A stretch of 32,000 nucleotides of DNA, from contig NZ_BCZP01000013.1 in the NCBI RefSeq assembly GCF_001598795.1, positions 60,001 to 92,000 of the forward strand, given 5' to 3'. The notes under the pieces are model-generated. The model did no database searches. It had not been told where the DNA came from and saw nothing but the letters and a program-made list of their open reading frames with translations. A program made the translations under genes and the position numbers. Positions 9,578 through 18,892 of this stretch are shown here, piece by piece (position 1 is the first letter of the stretch; every line of letters starts with the position of its first letter). This DNA is from Delftia acidovorans NBRC 14950. Lineage in GTDB: Bacteria > Pseudomonadota > Gammaproteobacteria > Burkholderiales > Burkholderiaceae_C.

Positions 9578-9609
9578 CTTGGTTTTCTTGAAGAGAAGAG
9601 CAAAGCGGG

Positions 9610-9629
9610 GCCTGCCCGGCCGGGCAGGC
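9610..9629 (-). other. Perfect 20-nt GC palindrome (stem-loop) between kdpB and the outer-membrane protein gene
   Basis: GCCTGCCCGGCCGGGCAGGC is its own reverse complement. It lies 14 nt after the kdpB stop. On the minus strand it is followed by the pyrimidine-rich CCCGCUUUGCUCUUCUCUUC, so it may act as a partial terminator or an RNA-stability element. Confidence 0.35.
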
Positions 9630-9642
9630 GGGCCGCACAGGG

Positions 9643-11727
9643 TCACGCCAGGTTCAGAGCCACCAGCAGCATGTCGATCAGCTTGATGCCGATGAAGGGA
9701 ACGACCAGGCCGCCCAGGCCGTAGATCAGCAGGTTGCGCCGCAACAGGGCCGAGGCACCGATGGCACGGTAGGGCACGCCGCGCAGGGCCAGCGGGATCA
9801 GCACGATGATGATCAGCGCGTTGAAGATCACGGCACTCAGGATGGCCGAGCCCGGGCTGGCCAGCCCCATGACGTTGAGCGCCGACAGCTGCGGATACGT
9901 GCCCACGAAGGCGGCCGGGATGATGGCGAAGTACTTGGCCACGTCGTTGGCCACGCTGAAGGTGGTCAGCGCGCCGCGCGTCATCAGCATCTGCTTGCCG
10001 GTCTCCACGACCTCGATGAGCTTGGTCGGGTTGCTGTCCAGGTCCACCATGTTGCCGGCTTCCTTGGCCGCCTGGGTGCCGCTGTTCATGGCCACGGCCA
10101 CGTCGGCCTGGGCCAGGGCAGGTGCGTCGTTGGTGCCGTCGCCGGTCATGGCCACAAGCCGGCCGGCGGCCTGGTGTTCGCGGATCAGGCGCAGCTTGTC
10201 CTCGGGCGTGGCTTCGGCCAGGTAGTCGTCCACGCCGGCCTCGGCCGCAATGGCCGCCGCCGTGAGCGGGTTGTCGCCCGTGATCATCACGGTCTTGATG
10301 CCCATGCGGCGCAGCTCGGCAAAGCGTTCGCGTATGCCGTGCTTGACCACGTCCTTGAGCTCGATCACGCCCAGCACGCGGGCACCGTCGGCCACGACCA
10401 GCGGCGTGCTGCCGCGCCGTGACACATCCTCCACCACCTTGAGCATGGCGGGCGGGAACTGGCCGCCCAGGGATTCAACGTGGCGGCGCACGGCGTCGGC
10501 CGCGCCCTTGCGCAGGCTGCGCGTGGCGCCGTCCGGCTGGGGCATGTCCACGCCGCTCATGCGCGTCTGGGCCGTGAAGGGCACGAAGACCGCATGCAGC
10601 GTGGCCAGGTCGCGCTCGCGCAGGCCATGCATCTCCTTGGCCAGCACGACCACGCTGCGGCCTTCAGGCGTCTCGTCGGCCAGCGAGGCCAGCTGCGCCG
10701 CATCCACCAGCTGCGCGGCCGTCACGCCGGGCGCGGGCAGGAACTCGCTGGCCTGGCGGTTGCCCAGCGTGATGGTGCCGGTCTTGTCCAGCAGCAGCAC
10801 GTCCACGTCGCCGGCCGCCTCCACGGCGCGGCCCGAGGTGGCGATCACGTTGGCCTGCATCATGCGACTCATGCCCGCCACGCCAATGGCCGACAGCAGG
10901 CCCCCGATGGTGGTCGGGATCAGGCACACCAGCAGCGCCACCAGCACCGTCAGTCCCACGACCTGGCCGCTGCCCGTCAGCTCCACCGCAAAGGACGAAT
11001 AGGGCCGCAGCGTAACGATGACCAGCAGGAACAGCAGCGTCAGCCCGACCAGCAAAATGGTCAGCGCCAGCTCGTTGGGCGTCTTGTGGCGGCGGGCCGA
11101 CTCCACCATGGAGATCATGCGGTCCAGGAAGGACTCGCCGGGATTGACGGTGATCTGCACCACCAGCCAGTCCGACAGCACGCGCGTGCCGCCCGTGACG
11201 GAAGAGAAGTCACCACCGGCCTCGCGGATCACGGGGGCCGATTCGCCGGTGATGGCGCTCTCGTCCACCGAGGCCACGCCCTCGATCACTGTGCCATCCA
11301 GCGGCACGGTGTCGCCGGCCTCAACCAGCACCCACATGCCCGAACGCAGTTCTTCGGCACCCACGGGATGCCAGCGGCTCTGGTAGTTGGCCTGCTCCAG
11401 CTTCTTGGCGACGGTGCTGCGCTTCATGCTGCGCAGGCTGGCGGCCTGGGCACGGCTGCGCCCCTCGGCCAGCGCCTCCGCAAAATTGGCGAACAGCACG
11501 GTGAACCACAGCCACAGCGCAATCGCCAGGATGAAGCCCGCAGGCGCTTCGCCTTCGCCCGCCAGGGCCTGAGCCCAGAGCAGGCTGGTGAAGATGGCGC
11601 CCAGATAGACCACGAACATCACCGGGTTGCGCCATTGCGCGCTGGGAGCGAGCTTGCGGATGGAGTCACCCAGCGCCTGGCGCACCAGCGAAGGATCGAA
11701 CAGGGACAAAGCAGTTTTGCGCGACAT
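9643..11727 (-). CDS. kdpB: Potassium-transporting P-type ATPase catalytic subunit KdpB
   Basis: 694 aa. It is near-collinear with E. coli KdpB as recalled: MSRK...[82 protein letters not shown]. An AAGGAG Shine-Dalgarno sits inside the kdpC 3' end. Confidence 0.97.
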   Translation of the reverse strand: MSRKTALSLFDPSLVRQALGDSIRKLAPSAQWRNPVMFVVYLGAIFTSLLWAQALAGEGEAPAGFILAIALWLWFTVLFANFAEALAEGRSRAQAASLRSMKRSTVAKKLEQANYQSRWHPVGAEELRSGMWVLVEAGDTVPLDGTVIEGVASVDESAITGESAPVIREAGGDFSSVTGGTRVLSDWLVVQITVNPGESFLDRMISMVESARRHKTPNELALTILLVGLTLLFLLVIVTLRPYSSFAVELTGSGQVVGLTVLVALLVCLIPTTIGGLLSAIGVAGMSRMMQANVIATSGRAVEAAGDVDVLLLDKTGTITLGNRQASEFLPAPGVTAAQLVDAAQLASLADETPEGRSVVVLAKEMHGLRERDLATLHAVFVPFTAQTRMSGVDMPQPDGATRSLRKGAADAVRRHVESLGGQFPPAMLKVVEDVSRRGSTPLVVADGARVLGVIELKDVVKHGIRERFAELRRMGIKTVMITGDNPLTAAAIAAEAGVDDYLAEATPEDKLRLIREHQAAGRLVAMTGDGTNDAPALAQADVAVAMNSGTQAAKEAGNMVDLDSNPTKLIEVVETGKQMLMTRGALTTFSVANDVAKYFAIIPAAFVGTYPQLSALNVMGLASPGSAILSAVIFNALIIIVLIPLALRGVPYRAIGASALLRRNLLIYGLGGLVVPFIGIKLIDMLLVALNLA

Positions 11728-11730
11728 GGC

Positions 11731-12465
11731 TTACTCCTTGGCGGCATGGGCTGCCGCAGGCTGCAGCGTCGCGGCCGAGAGATCGTCCAGCGCCAGATTC
11801 AGCTGCAGCACGTTCACGCGCGGCTCGCCCAGCAGGCCCAGCACGCGCGGCTCCACCTGCTGGCGCAGCAGTTCCTGGACCTTGGCCACGGGCAGTTGGC
11901 GCTCGCGGGCCACGCGCGGCAGTTGCAGCTCGGCATTGGCCACCGAGATGTGCGGGTCCAGGCCGGAGGCCGAGGCCGTCACGGCATCCACAGGCACCGC
12001 AGCATCTGCAGCCAGGCCATTGAGTTCGCGGTAGGCCGCCACGCGCGCCGCCACGGACTCCTTGAGCGCCGCATGGGTCGGACCCTGGTTGGTGGCAGCC
12101 GACAGCGCAGCGTTGTAGGGCGCGGCCACCGTGGCATCGGCCTTGTCGGGATCAGGCGCCGAGGTGGCGCTGGGCCGGCCCTGGAAATAGCGCGGCGAGG
12201 CGAACTCCTGCCCGATCAGGGCCGAGCCCACGACCGAGCCCTGGCGCATGACCAGGCTGCCATTGGCGGTCTTGGGAAACGCAGCCTGGGCCACGAGCGT
12301 GGTGACCAGCGGATAGGCCAGGCCCGTGACCACGGCGACGAACAGCGCCGACCGCAGGCTGGGGCCGAACAGCGAGCGCAGACCACCAGGAACGGCCTGC
12401 GTTTGTGCCTGCGCATCAGCGCGCAGCACCGGCAAGGAGCCGGAAGTATGTGTTTGAACTTGCAT
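11731..12465 (-). CDS. kdpC: Potassium-transporting ATPase subunit KdpC
   Basis: 244 aa from the ATG at 12463-12465, with GGAGG 7 nt upstream. It has a single N-terminal TM helix, LRSALFVAVVTGLAYPLVTT. The KdpC blocks are ANGSLV, GSALIGQEF, YFQGRPSAT, VTASASGLDPHIS and NVLQLNLALD. Its TAA stop is 3 nt before the kdpB ATG. Confidence 0.93.
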   Translation of the reverse strand: MQVQTHTSGSLPVLRADAQAQTQAVPGGLRSLFGPSLRSALFVAVVTGLAYPLVTTLVAQAAFPKTANGSLVMRQGSVVGSALIGQEFASPRYFQGRPSATSAPDPDKADATVAAPYNAALSAATNQGPTHAALKESVAARVAAYRELNGLAADAAVPVDAVTASASGLDPHISVANAELQLPRVARERQLPVAKVQELLRQQVEPRVLGLLGEPRVNVLQLNLALDDLSAATLQPAAAHAAKE

Positions 12466-12543
12466 CTCGAAACCTCCGCCGCACGGCCCTGCCAAGGCAG
12501 AACCGGCGGCCAAGAAAAAAACGGGCTCAGGTGGCTCAGGGAT

Positions 12544-14250
12544 TCAGGGGTAGACCTGTCCTGACAGCATCTGCAGCTGCTCGACCACGGGCCCCAGGGC
12601 CAGCGAAGGCAGGAAGGTCAGCCCGCCGACCACGACCACCACGAAGACCAGCAGCCCCATGAACAGCGGCGTGGCCGTCGGGAAGGTGCCCGGCCCCGCA
12701 GGCACGGTGGGCTTGGCCGCCAGGCTGCCGGCCAGGGCCAGCATGGGCAGCAGCGTCAGATAGCGGCCCGCCAGCATGGCCAGGCCGATGGTGGTGTTGA
12801 AGAACGGCGTGTTCGCATTCAGGCCCGCAAAGGCCGAGCCGTTGTTGGCCGTGCCCGAGGCATAGGCATAGAGCACTTCCGAGAAGCCATGCGGCCCCCG
12901 GTTGGCCAGGCTGGCCAGTGTGTCGGGCCAGACCGCCGCCAGCGCCGTGAAGCCCAGGACGGAGATGGGGTGCGCCATCACGGCCAGCATCACCAGCTTG
13001 ATCTCGCGCGCCTCGATCTTCTTGCCCAGGAACTCGGGCGTGCGGCCAATCATCATGCCGGCCAGGAAGACCGTGAGGATGGCGTACTGCAGCAGGTTGA
13101 TCAGGCCCACGCCATCACCGCCGAACACGCAGTTGAGCATCATCTGTGCCAGCGGCACCAGCCCGCCCAGCGGCGTCAGCGAGTCATGCATGGCATTGAC
13201 CGATCCCGTGGTCGCGGCCGTGGTCGTGGCCACGAACAGCGCCGTATCGGCGATGCCGAAGCGCAGCTCCTTGCCCTCCATGTTGCCGCCCGGCTGGGTG
13301 GCACTGATCTGCTGGTCGGCACCTGCGGCCGTGAGCAGCGGATTGCCTGCCTGCTCGGCCGTGAACACCAGCGCCAGAAAGCCCACGAACATCACCAGGC
13401 AGGCGCCGAACAGCACCCAGCCCTGGCGGCGGCGCAGCAGCATGGAGCCGAAGGCATAGGTCATGGCCGAGGGAATCAGCAGCATGCCCAGGATGTGGAT
13501 GGCATTGGTCAGCGGCGTGGGGTTCTCGAACGGATGGGCCGCGTTCATGCCGAAGAAGCCGCCACCGTTGGTGCCGATGTGCTTGATGCTCTCCAGGCTG
13601 GCCACGGGGCCCAGCAGAATCTGCTGGCGCGCGCCCTCCAGCGTCGTCGCCCAGACCTGGCCATCCAGCGCCTGCGGCACGCCCTGCCACACATAGACCA
13701 GGGCCACCACAAAGCTCAGCGGCAGCATCACGCGCCACAGCACGCGCACATAGTCCACCCAGTAGTTGCCCAGGTCCGATGCACTGGAGCGCGCCAGGCC
13801 TCGAATGAAGCCCGCAGCCGCGACCACACCCGTGATAGCACCCGCAAACATCATGAAGGTAATGGCCACCATCTGCGTGGCGTTGGACAGGCTGCTCTCG
13901 CCCGAATACGCCTGCCAGTTGGTATTGGTCACAAAGGACGCGGCCGTGTTGAAGGCCAGATCCGGCGTCTGCGCCGCATTGCCCAGTGCATTCAGCGGCA
14001 GCCAGCCCTGCGCGCGCAGCAGCGCATAGCCCAGCAGCAGCATGGCGCCGTTGGACAGCAGCAGCGCCAGCCCGTAGCGCTGCCAGCCCATGCGCTCGGC
14101 GGGGTTCACGCCCAGGGCGCGAAAGCTCAGCCGCTCGATCCAGGCATGGTGCTCACTCGTGAAGCAGCGTGCCAGCCACTGCCCCATGGGCACGGCCAGC
14201 GCCGTCATCACCAGCAGCACCAGTGCATATTCCATCCAGGTCAACCACAT
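12544..14250 (-). CDS. kdpA: Potassium-transporting ATPase K+-channel-like subunit KdpA
   Basis: 568 aa with AAGGAGA upstream of the ATG at 14248-14250. The KdpA blocks are [61 protein letters not shown] and NNGSAFAGL. Confidence 0.97.
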   Translation of the reverse strand: MWLTWMEYALVLLVMTALAVPMGQWLARCFTSEHHAWIERLSFRALGVNPAERMGWQRYGLALLLSNGAMLLLGYALLRAQGWLPLNALGNAAQTPDLAFNTAASFVTNTNWQAYSGESSLSNATQMVAITFMMFAGAITGVVAAAGFIRGLARSSASDLGNYWVDYVRVLWRVMLPLSFVVALVYVWQGVPQALDGQVWATTLEGARQQILLGPVASLESIKHIGTNGGGFFGMNAAHPFENPTPLTNAIHILGMLLIPSAMTYAFGSMLLRRRQGWVLFGACLVMFVGFLALVFTAEQAGNPLLTAAGADQQISATQPGGNMEGKELRFGIADTALFVATTTAATTGSVNAMHDSLTPLGGLVPLAQMMLNCVFGGDGVGLINLLQYAILTVFLAGMMIGRTPEFLGKKIEAREIKLVMLAVMAHPISVLGFTALAAVWPDTLASLANRGPHGFSEVLYAYASGTANNGSAFAGLNANTPFFNTTIGLAMLAGRYLTLLPMLALAGSLAAKPTVPAGPGTFPTATPLFMGLLVFVVVVVGGLTFLPSLALGPVVEQLQMLSGQVYP

Positions 14251-14270
14251 GGCGGTCTCCTTTCAGGCAG

Positions 14271-14354
14271 TCAAATCCGGCCCAGCGCCGCCACGAAGGC
14301 CAGCAGGCCCCCGAAGCAGCCCAGGCTCAGGGCGATAAAGATCAGGTCTTGCAT
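14271..14354 (-). CDS. Unannotated 27-aa hydrophobic micro-ORF between kdpF and kdpA (single predicted TM helix)
   Basis: My manual reverse-complement translation gives MQDLIFIALSLGCFGGLLAFVAALGRI*. A GAGGTG Shine-Dalgarno overlaps the kdpF stop (TTC TGA GGTGG CGCAG ATG). The ORF ends 20 nt before the kdpA ATG. It is too short to appear in the supplied ORF track. Confidence 0.5.
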   Translation of the reverse strand: MQDLIFIALSLGCFGGLLAFVAALGRI

Positions 14355-14364
14355 CTGCGCCACC

Positions 14365-14463
14365 TCAGAACTGCTCGGGCCGCAGCAATGCGTATCCGAG
14401 GTAGACAAACAGAGCCAGAGCGCCCAAGGCGCCCAGCCATCCGGTGATTTCGGTCAGGGTCAT
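14365..14463 (-). CDS. kdpF: Potassium-transporting ATPase small subunit KdpF
   Basis: My manual translation gives MTLTEITGWLGALGALALFVYLGYALLRPEQF* (32 aa). The C-terminal YL.YALLRPE.F matches the KdpF signature (compare E. coli ...GYLVYALINAEAF). GGGAGA lies upstream of the ATG at 14461-14463. It is not in the ORF track because it is too short. Confidence 0.8.
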   Translation of the reverse strand: MTLTEITGWLGALGALALFVYLGYALLRPEQF

Positions 14464-14561
14464 AGGAATTTCTCCCGCATCGGCACCGCTTGGCGGCACC
14501 TGTTGTTGCGATGGGGAAAACTCTAGGGCCGGGGCTGTCAAAAGCGGATTGAGATTGCGGC

Positions 14562-14585
14562 ATGCCGTATCAAGACGGCATCAAG
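14562..14585. promoter_or_regulatory. Direct hexamer repeat at 11-bp spacing nested in a 7-bp inverted repeat, in the kdpF-divergent intergenic region (candidate OmpR-family/KdpE site)
   Basis: The plus strand reads ATGCCGT ATCAAG ACGGCAT CAAG. ATCAAG occurs at 14569-14574 and 14580-14585. ATGCCGT (14562-14568) is the reverse complement of ACGGCAT (14575-14581). The element is about 100-120 nt upstream of the kdpF ATG. Confidence 0.25.
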
Positions 14586-14595
14586 ATGTCCACCG

Positions 14596-16068
14596 ATGCC
14601 TCTTATCGAATGGTTCAGAACCCCGCCCTTCACGCTCTGCCATCCCACCCTTATGACCCCTGCACTCCCAGTGAAAAACACTTCCACGACAGGCCAGGCA
14701 ACCGATGGCAGGACTTTCCTTCGTTTCTGGGGTTTGCTCAGCCTCCTGTACCTGGGATGGCTGCTGATCTTCTGGCCCGGCGTGCTGGGCGAGGACAGTG
14801 CGGCCGTCCTCATGGAAGTGGACAACCCGGACAAATTCCGCTCCGGCAAGGGGGTGCTGTGGTACTACTTCATCCGCCTCACCTACGGCGCCACCCACTT
14901 GGTGGAAGTACCCATCATCGCGTTGATATTGCTGTGCGCCATGTTCTTCGCCCGCATGCTGGCCTGGTACTGGACCTCGCGGCACCGCGCGCTGTGCGTC
15001 TTTCTGCTGCTCTTCATCTGCGCGGCGCCGCACATGTTCTATTTCACAGGCACGCTGTACCCGGACGCCATCTTCGCCGTGGCTTCTTGCGCGCTGCTGT
15101 TCGAGCTCTGGCTGCTGTGCAGCCAGCGCCAGCACAGTCGGGCATCCCTGGCCGTGATTGCCCTTGCCTTGCCCTTCGCCGTGTTCGTGCGCGCCAACGG
15201 GATCGTTTTCCTGGCACCTGCCATGCTGGCCCTGTTTCTCGCCGACCGCCGCAGCCGCTGGTATCTCGGGACCATCATCGCGTTCTGGTGCGCCACGGTC
15301 TCTGCAGGAACCCAATTGCACAAATCGACCGCGCAAAGCGCCACGGATTCACTGGTCCTCTTCGAGACCGTCAAGCTGCTCCAGCCCAGGGCCATGAACG
15401 ATCTATGGCAAAAGCAGCCCCTCATGAACGACCCTTGGGTACTGCAGGAGCCCAAGCTTTCCGCGCGCACCCTGGAAATCCTCGACAGCTACCGCCCCCG
15501 GGAGCTGATGCTCACCTACTCGGACCCAGCCTACTGGGACATGCTGGTGTTCCATCCGTCAGGCCCCCAGCTCTTCGGGCTGCCCGAGGACCAGCGCAAG
15601 GAACTGGTGCAGGAATTCTTCCGCTACAACCTGTGGCACAACCTGCCGGACGTTGTGGCCAGCCGTGTGAACGTTTTTTTGGCTGCGGCGCTTGCGCAGG
15701 GTGGATTTCCTGCGCTCGACTATGCGCAATACGTCCTGAAGCGCACCCAGACACAGTCGCAGATGCGCCGGTTCGGGCTGGACCAGGCAGAACAGGCACT
15801 GCGCGCCGTGCACAGATATAGCTACGCTTGGCGGTGGCTGCTGTGGACACCTTGGCTGGGCATGGGCCTGCTGGCCTTGATGCTGTGGCGCAGTTGCCGC
15901 GGCAAGGACCTGCCAGCCCTGCTTGTGACAATTCCCCTGGCGTTGCAACTGGCAGGTATCACTGCATTCGCTTCGGCAGGCGAATATCGTTACTTACTGC
16001 TTTTCTTCACCATGCCGCTGGTACTCATTCCCATAATGATTTCGTCAGCGCACGAAAACAGGTCGTAA
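14596..16068 (+). CDS. Polytopic inner-membrane protein, family not recognised, possible GT-C-type glycosyltransferase (paralog A of 18893-20272)
   Basis: 490 aa from the ATG at 14596; the alternative ATG at 14653 gives 471 aa, and neither has a clear SD. About 8 N-terminal TM segments are followed by a ~170-aa hydrophilic region and 2-3 C-terminal TM segments. The first-loop acidic motif is FWPGVLGEDSAAVLMEVD. It shows clear collinear similarity to the ORF at 18893-20272. Confidence 0.6.
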   Translation: MPLIEWFRTPPFTLCHPTLMTPALPVKNTSTTGQATDGRTFLRFWGLLSLLYLGWLLIFWPGVLGEDSAAVLMEVDNPDKFRSGKGVLWYYFIRLTYGATHLVEVPIIALILLCAMFFARMLAWYWTSRHRALCVFLLLFICAAPHMFYFTGTLYPDAIFAVASCALLFELWLLCSQRQHSRASLAVIALALPFAVFVRANGIVFLAPAMLALFLADRRSRWYLGTIIAFWCATVSAGTQLHKSTAQSATDSLVLFETVKLLQPRAMNDLWQKQPLMNDPWVLQEPKLSARTLEILDSYRPRELMLTYSDPAYWDMLVFHPSGPQLFGLPEDQRKELVQEFFRYNLWHNLPDVVASRVNVFLAAALAQGGFPALDYAQYVLKRTQTQSQMRRFGLDQAEQALRAVHRYSYAWRWLLWTPWLGMGLLALMLWRSCRGKDLPALLVTIPLALQLAGITAFASAGEYRYLLLFFTMPLVLIPIMISSAHENRS

Positions 16069-16214
16069 CAGCCCCCAGGCGGCAGGTCAATGCATGGGCC
16101 AATCAGGGACATCGTGTAAAAGCCATCTTTTGCCCACGCTCTGTAAAATGCGCCGATTCGCCACGGGTGCCAGACACCCGTGCGCTCTCGACAGCCCATC
16201 TCCTGGATTCCCCC

Positions 16215-17843
16215 TTGACTTACGCCCTGGAAACCCGGCGCCGCCGGACTTTTGCCATCATTTCCCACCCCGACGCGGGCAAGACCACGCTGACCGAAAA
16301 GCTGCTGCTGTTCTCGGGCGCGATCCAGATCGCGGGCGCCGTCAAGGGCCGCAAGGCCAGCCGCCATGCCACCTCCGACTGGATGGAAATCGAAAAGCAG
16401 CGCGGCATCTCGGTGGCCAGCTCGGTCATGCAGATGAGCTACCGCGACCACGTGGTCAACCTGCTCGACACGCCCGGCCACAAGGACTTCTCGGAAGACA
16501 CCTACCGCGTGCTCACGGCCGTGGACTCGGCGCTGATGGTCATCGACGCCGCCAACGGCGTGGAATCGCAGACCCGCCGCCTGATCGAGGTCTGCCGCCA
16601 GCGCGACACGCCCATCATCACCTTCGTCAACAAGATGGACCGCGAAGTGCGCGATCCGCTGGACATCCTCGACGAAGTCGAGCGCGAACTGGGCATGCCC
16701 TGCTGCCCCGTCACCTGGCCTGTGGGCCAGGGCCGGCAGTTCGGCGGCATCATCAACCTGCTCACCCAGACCATGACGGTGTTCCAGCCCGGCAGCGAAC
16801 GCCGCCCGCAGGATTTCGAGGCCATCCCCCTGGCCGAGGCCGACAAGCTGCGCGCGCGCTTCGGCCGGTCCTTCGACGATGCGCTGGAAAGCATGGAACT
16901 GGCCCAGGGCGCCTCGGCCCCCTGGGACCACGAGGCCTTCCTGGCAGGCAAGCTCACACCGGTCTTCTTCGGCTCCGGCGTGAACAACTTCGGTGTCATG
17001 GAAGTGCTGGATGCAGTGGTGGACATGTCGCCCCCGCCCGGCCCCCGCAAAAGCTCGCTGCTGGTCAACAAACAGCCTGTGGAAAAGATCATCCAGCCCG
17101 AGGACGAAGGCTTCTCCGGCGTGGTCTTCAAGGTCCAGGCCAACATGGATGCCAACCACCGCGACCGCATCGCCTTCGTGCGCGTGGCCTCGGGCAAGTA
17201 CACGCCCGGCATGAAGATGAAGGTCCAGCGCACCGCCAAGGAGCTGCGCCCCACCTCCGTCGTAACCTTCATGAGCCAGCGCCGCGAAGCCGTGGAAGAA
17301 GCCTATGCGGGCGACATCATCGGCTTCACCACGCATGGCGGCGTTCAGCTGGGCGACACCATCACTGACGGCACCAACCTGCAATTCACGGGCCTGCCCT
17401 TCTTCGCCCCGGAAATGTTCATGACCGTGGTGCTCAAGAACCCGCTGCGCACCAAGCAGCTGCAGCAGGGCCTGATGCAGCTGGGCGAGGAAGGCGCCAT
17501 CCAGGTTTTCAAGCCCGAGGCTGGCGGCAACATGCTGCTGGGCGCCGTGGGCCAGCTGCAATTCGAAGTCGTCCAGCACCGCCTGAACGCCGAATACGAC
17601 TGCGACATCCGCCTGGAAGGCTGCCAGTACACCGGCGCCCGCTGGATCACGGCCGACACCCCGGCCGAACTGCGCGAATTCGAGAACGCCTACCCGCTGC
17701 GCATGGCGCGCGATGCGGCCGATACGCTGGCCTATCTGTGCACGTCACCCTATGACGTGCGATTGGCGCAGGAGCGGTTTCCGAAGATCCATTTCCATCC
17801 GCTGCGCGAGCATGCGGGGTTGGCGTTGCAATCCGGAAACTGA
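16215..17843 (+). CDS. prfC: Peptide chain release factor 3 (GTPase)
   Basis: It is collinear with E. coli PrfC as recalled: RRRTFAIISHPDAGKTTLTEKLLLF, SDWMEIEKQRGISV, LLDTPGHKDFSEDTYR, FVNKMDR...HPLREH. There is no in-frame ATG upstream of the conserved N-terminus. The TTG at 16215 would give MTYALETRRRRTF, so the start codon is uncertain. Confidence 0.93.
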   Translation: MTYALETRRRRTFAIISHPDAGKTTLTEKLLLFSGAIQIAGAVKGRKASRHATSDWMEIEKQRGISVASSVMQMSYRDHVVNLLDTPGHKDFSEDTYRVLTAVDSALMVIDAANGVESQTRRLIEVCRQRDTPIITFVNKMDREVRDPLDILDEVERELGMPCCPVTWPVGQGRQFGGIINLLTQTMTVFQPGSERRPQDFEAIPLAEADKLRARFGRSFDDALESMELAQGASAPWDHEAFLAGKLTPVFFGSGVNNFGVMEVLDAVVDMSPPPGPRKSSLLVNKQPVEKIIQPEDEGFSGVVFKVQANMDANHRDRIAFVRVASGKYTPGMKMKVQRTAKELRPTSVVTFMSQRREAVEEAYAGDIIGFTTHGGVQLGDTITDGTNLQFTGLPFFAPEMFMTVVLKNPLRTKQLQQGLMQLGEEGAIQVFKPEAGGNMLLGAVGQLQFEVVQHRLNAEYDCDIRLEGCQYTGARWITADTPAELREFENAYPLRMARDAADTLAYLCTSPYDVRLAQERFPKIHFHPLREHAGLALQSGN

Positions 17844-17855
17844 CCATCGACAGGC

Positions 17856-18884
17856 ATGAACTCAAGCACCCGCAGCCTTCCCCGCCCGGTTTCCCACACC
17901 AACAATTTCGATGCCATTCGAATTGTGGCGGCCCTCGCGGTTCTCGTCAGCCACCACCATGCCCTCATAGGCCAATTCGAACCATTGGTACTGGGCATAC
18001 ATTCGCTGGGCGGCTTTGCAGTGCTTGTGTTTTTCGTGGTCAGCGGCTATCTGGTGACCTGCAGCTGGAACAATGATCCGCATCTCATACGCTTTGCCCT
18101 GAGGCGTGCCCTGCGCATCTGGCCAGCGCTTATTGCCGTTGTCGTTCTGACCGCTTACGGGCTGGGCGTCTGGCTGACAACCCTTCCCCCTGAGGACTAT
18201 TTGCGCGACAGTGCAACGTCCGGCTATTTGTCCAATATATGGATGCATGGCAAAGCTGGACTTCCAGGACTTTTCGAAAACAATCCGCTCAAAGGAGCGG
18301 CCAATGGATCAATATGGACGATTCCCTATGAGGTGCAATGCTATGTGATCCTGGCGTGCGCTGGATTGATGGGCGCCTTGCGCATTCGTACCGTCTGGCT
18401 CCTGATGGTACTGGTGACAGCCATATGGTATCAAATCAAATACGGACCGGATTTTCACGCTGACTGGAAATTGAAGCGCGAAATGATGGTTTATTTTATC
18501 CTGGGCTCTGCAATCGCTGTGCTTCAGCCGTACTGGAGCAAACGGTCACTGCTTTGGCTTGCCGTATTGACGGCAGCAGGATTGTGCGCCTGGTTTTTTG
18601 GACTGCGCTATCTTTCACTGATGATAGCACTCCCTTATATTCTGATATATATTGGAATAAAATCAACCCCCATATTGCGACAATTCGGTCGATGGGGTGA
18701 TCCATCCTACGGGCTGTATCTGATTGCCTTCCCCACTCAGCAGACCATTATTCATTTTTTCTGGCCTACCATCGGTTCGGCCGGGGTTCTTGTATTTTCC
18801 GTCGCTATCACCACCGCTCTGGCATATGCTTCGTGGCATTGCATAGAAAAGAGAGCGCTGAAGATCAAGCCTCGCAAACCATAG
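17856..18884 (+). CDS. Acyltransferase family 3 (OafA/YrhL-type) integral-membrane O-acyltransferase, AT3 domain only
   Basis: 342 aa. The N-terminal motif NNFDAIRIVAALAVLVSHH matches the AT3 FD.LR...A...V...H signature. It has about 10 hydrophobic segments and no C-terminal SGNH domain. It starts 12 nt after the prfC stop and has markedly lower GC than its flanks. Confidence 0.85.
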   Translation: MNSSTRSLPRPVSHTNNFDAIRIVAALAVLVSHHHALIGQFEPLVLGIHSLGGFAVLVFFVVSGYLVTCSWNNDPHLIRFALRRALRIWPALIAVVVLTAYGLGVWLTTLPPEDYLRDSATSGYLSNIWMHGKAGLPGLFENNPLKGAANGSIWTIPYEVQCYVILACAGLMGALRIRTVWLLMVLVTAIWYQIKYGPDFHADWKLKREMMVYFILGSAIAVLQPYWSKRSLLWLAVLTAAGLCAWFFGLRYLSLMIALPYILIYIGIKSTPILRQFGRWGDPSYGLYLIAFPTQQTIIHFFWPTIGSAGVLVFSVAITTALAYASWHCIEKRALKIKPRKP

Positions 18885-18892
18885 GCCCAAAC

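Noticed and set aside
10480-12564. 694-aa plus-strand ORF
   Set aside because: It is antisense to kdpB and kdpC, whose identities are certain. It is an Arg/Gly/His/Gln-rich shadow ORF.
12889-14526. 545-aa plus-strand ORF
   Set aside because: It is antisense to kdpA, the micro-ORF and kdpF. It has no motifs and is a shadow ORF.
14562-15821. 419-aa plus-strand ORF overlapping the 490-aa membrane-protein ORF in another frame
   Set aside because: It is Arg/Pro/Ala/Gly/His-rich with no hydrophobic periodicity. The 14596-16068 frame gives a coherent polytopic protein with a clear paralog at 18893-20272.
15990-17579. 529-aa minus-strand ORF
   Set aside because: It is antisense to prfC, which is collinear with E. 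coli PrfC. Its composition is typical of antisense high-GC frames.
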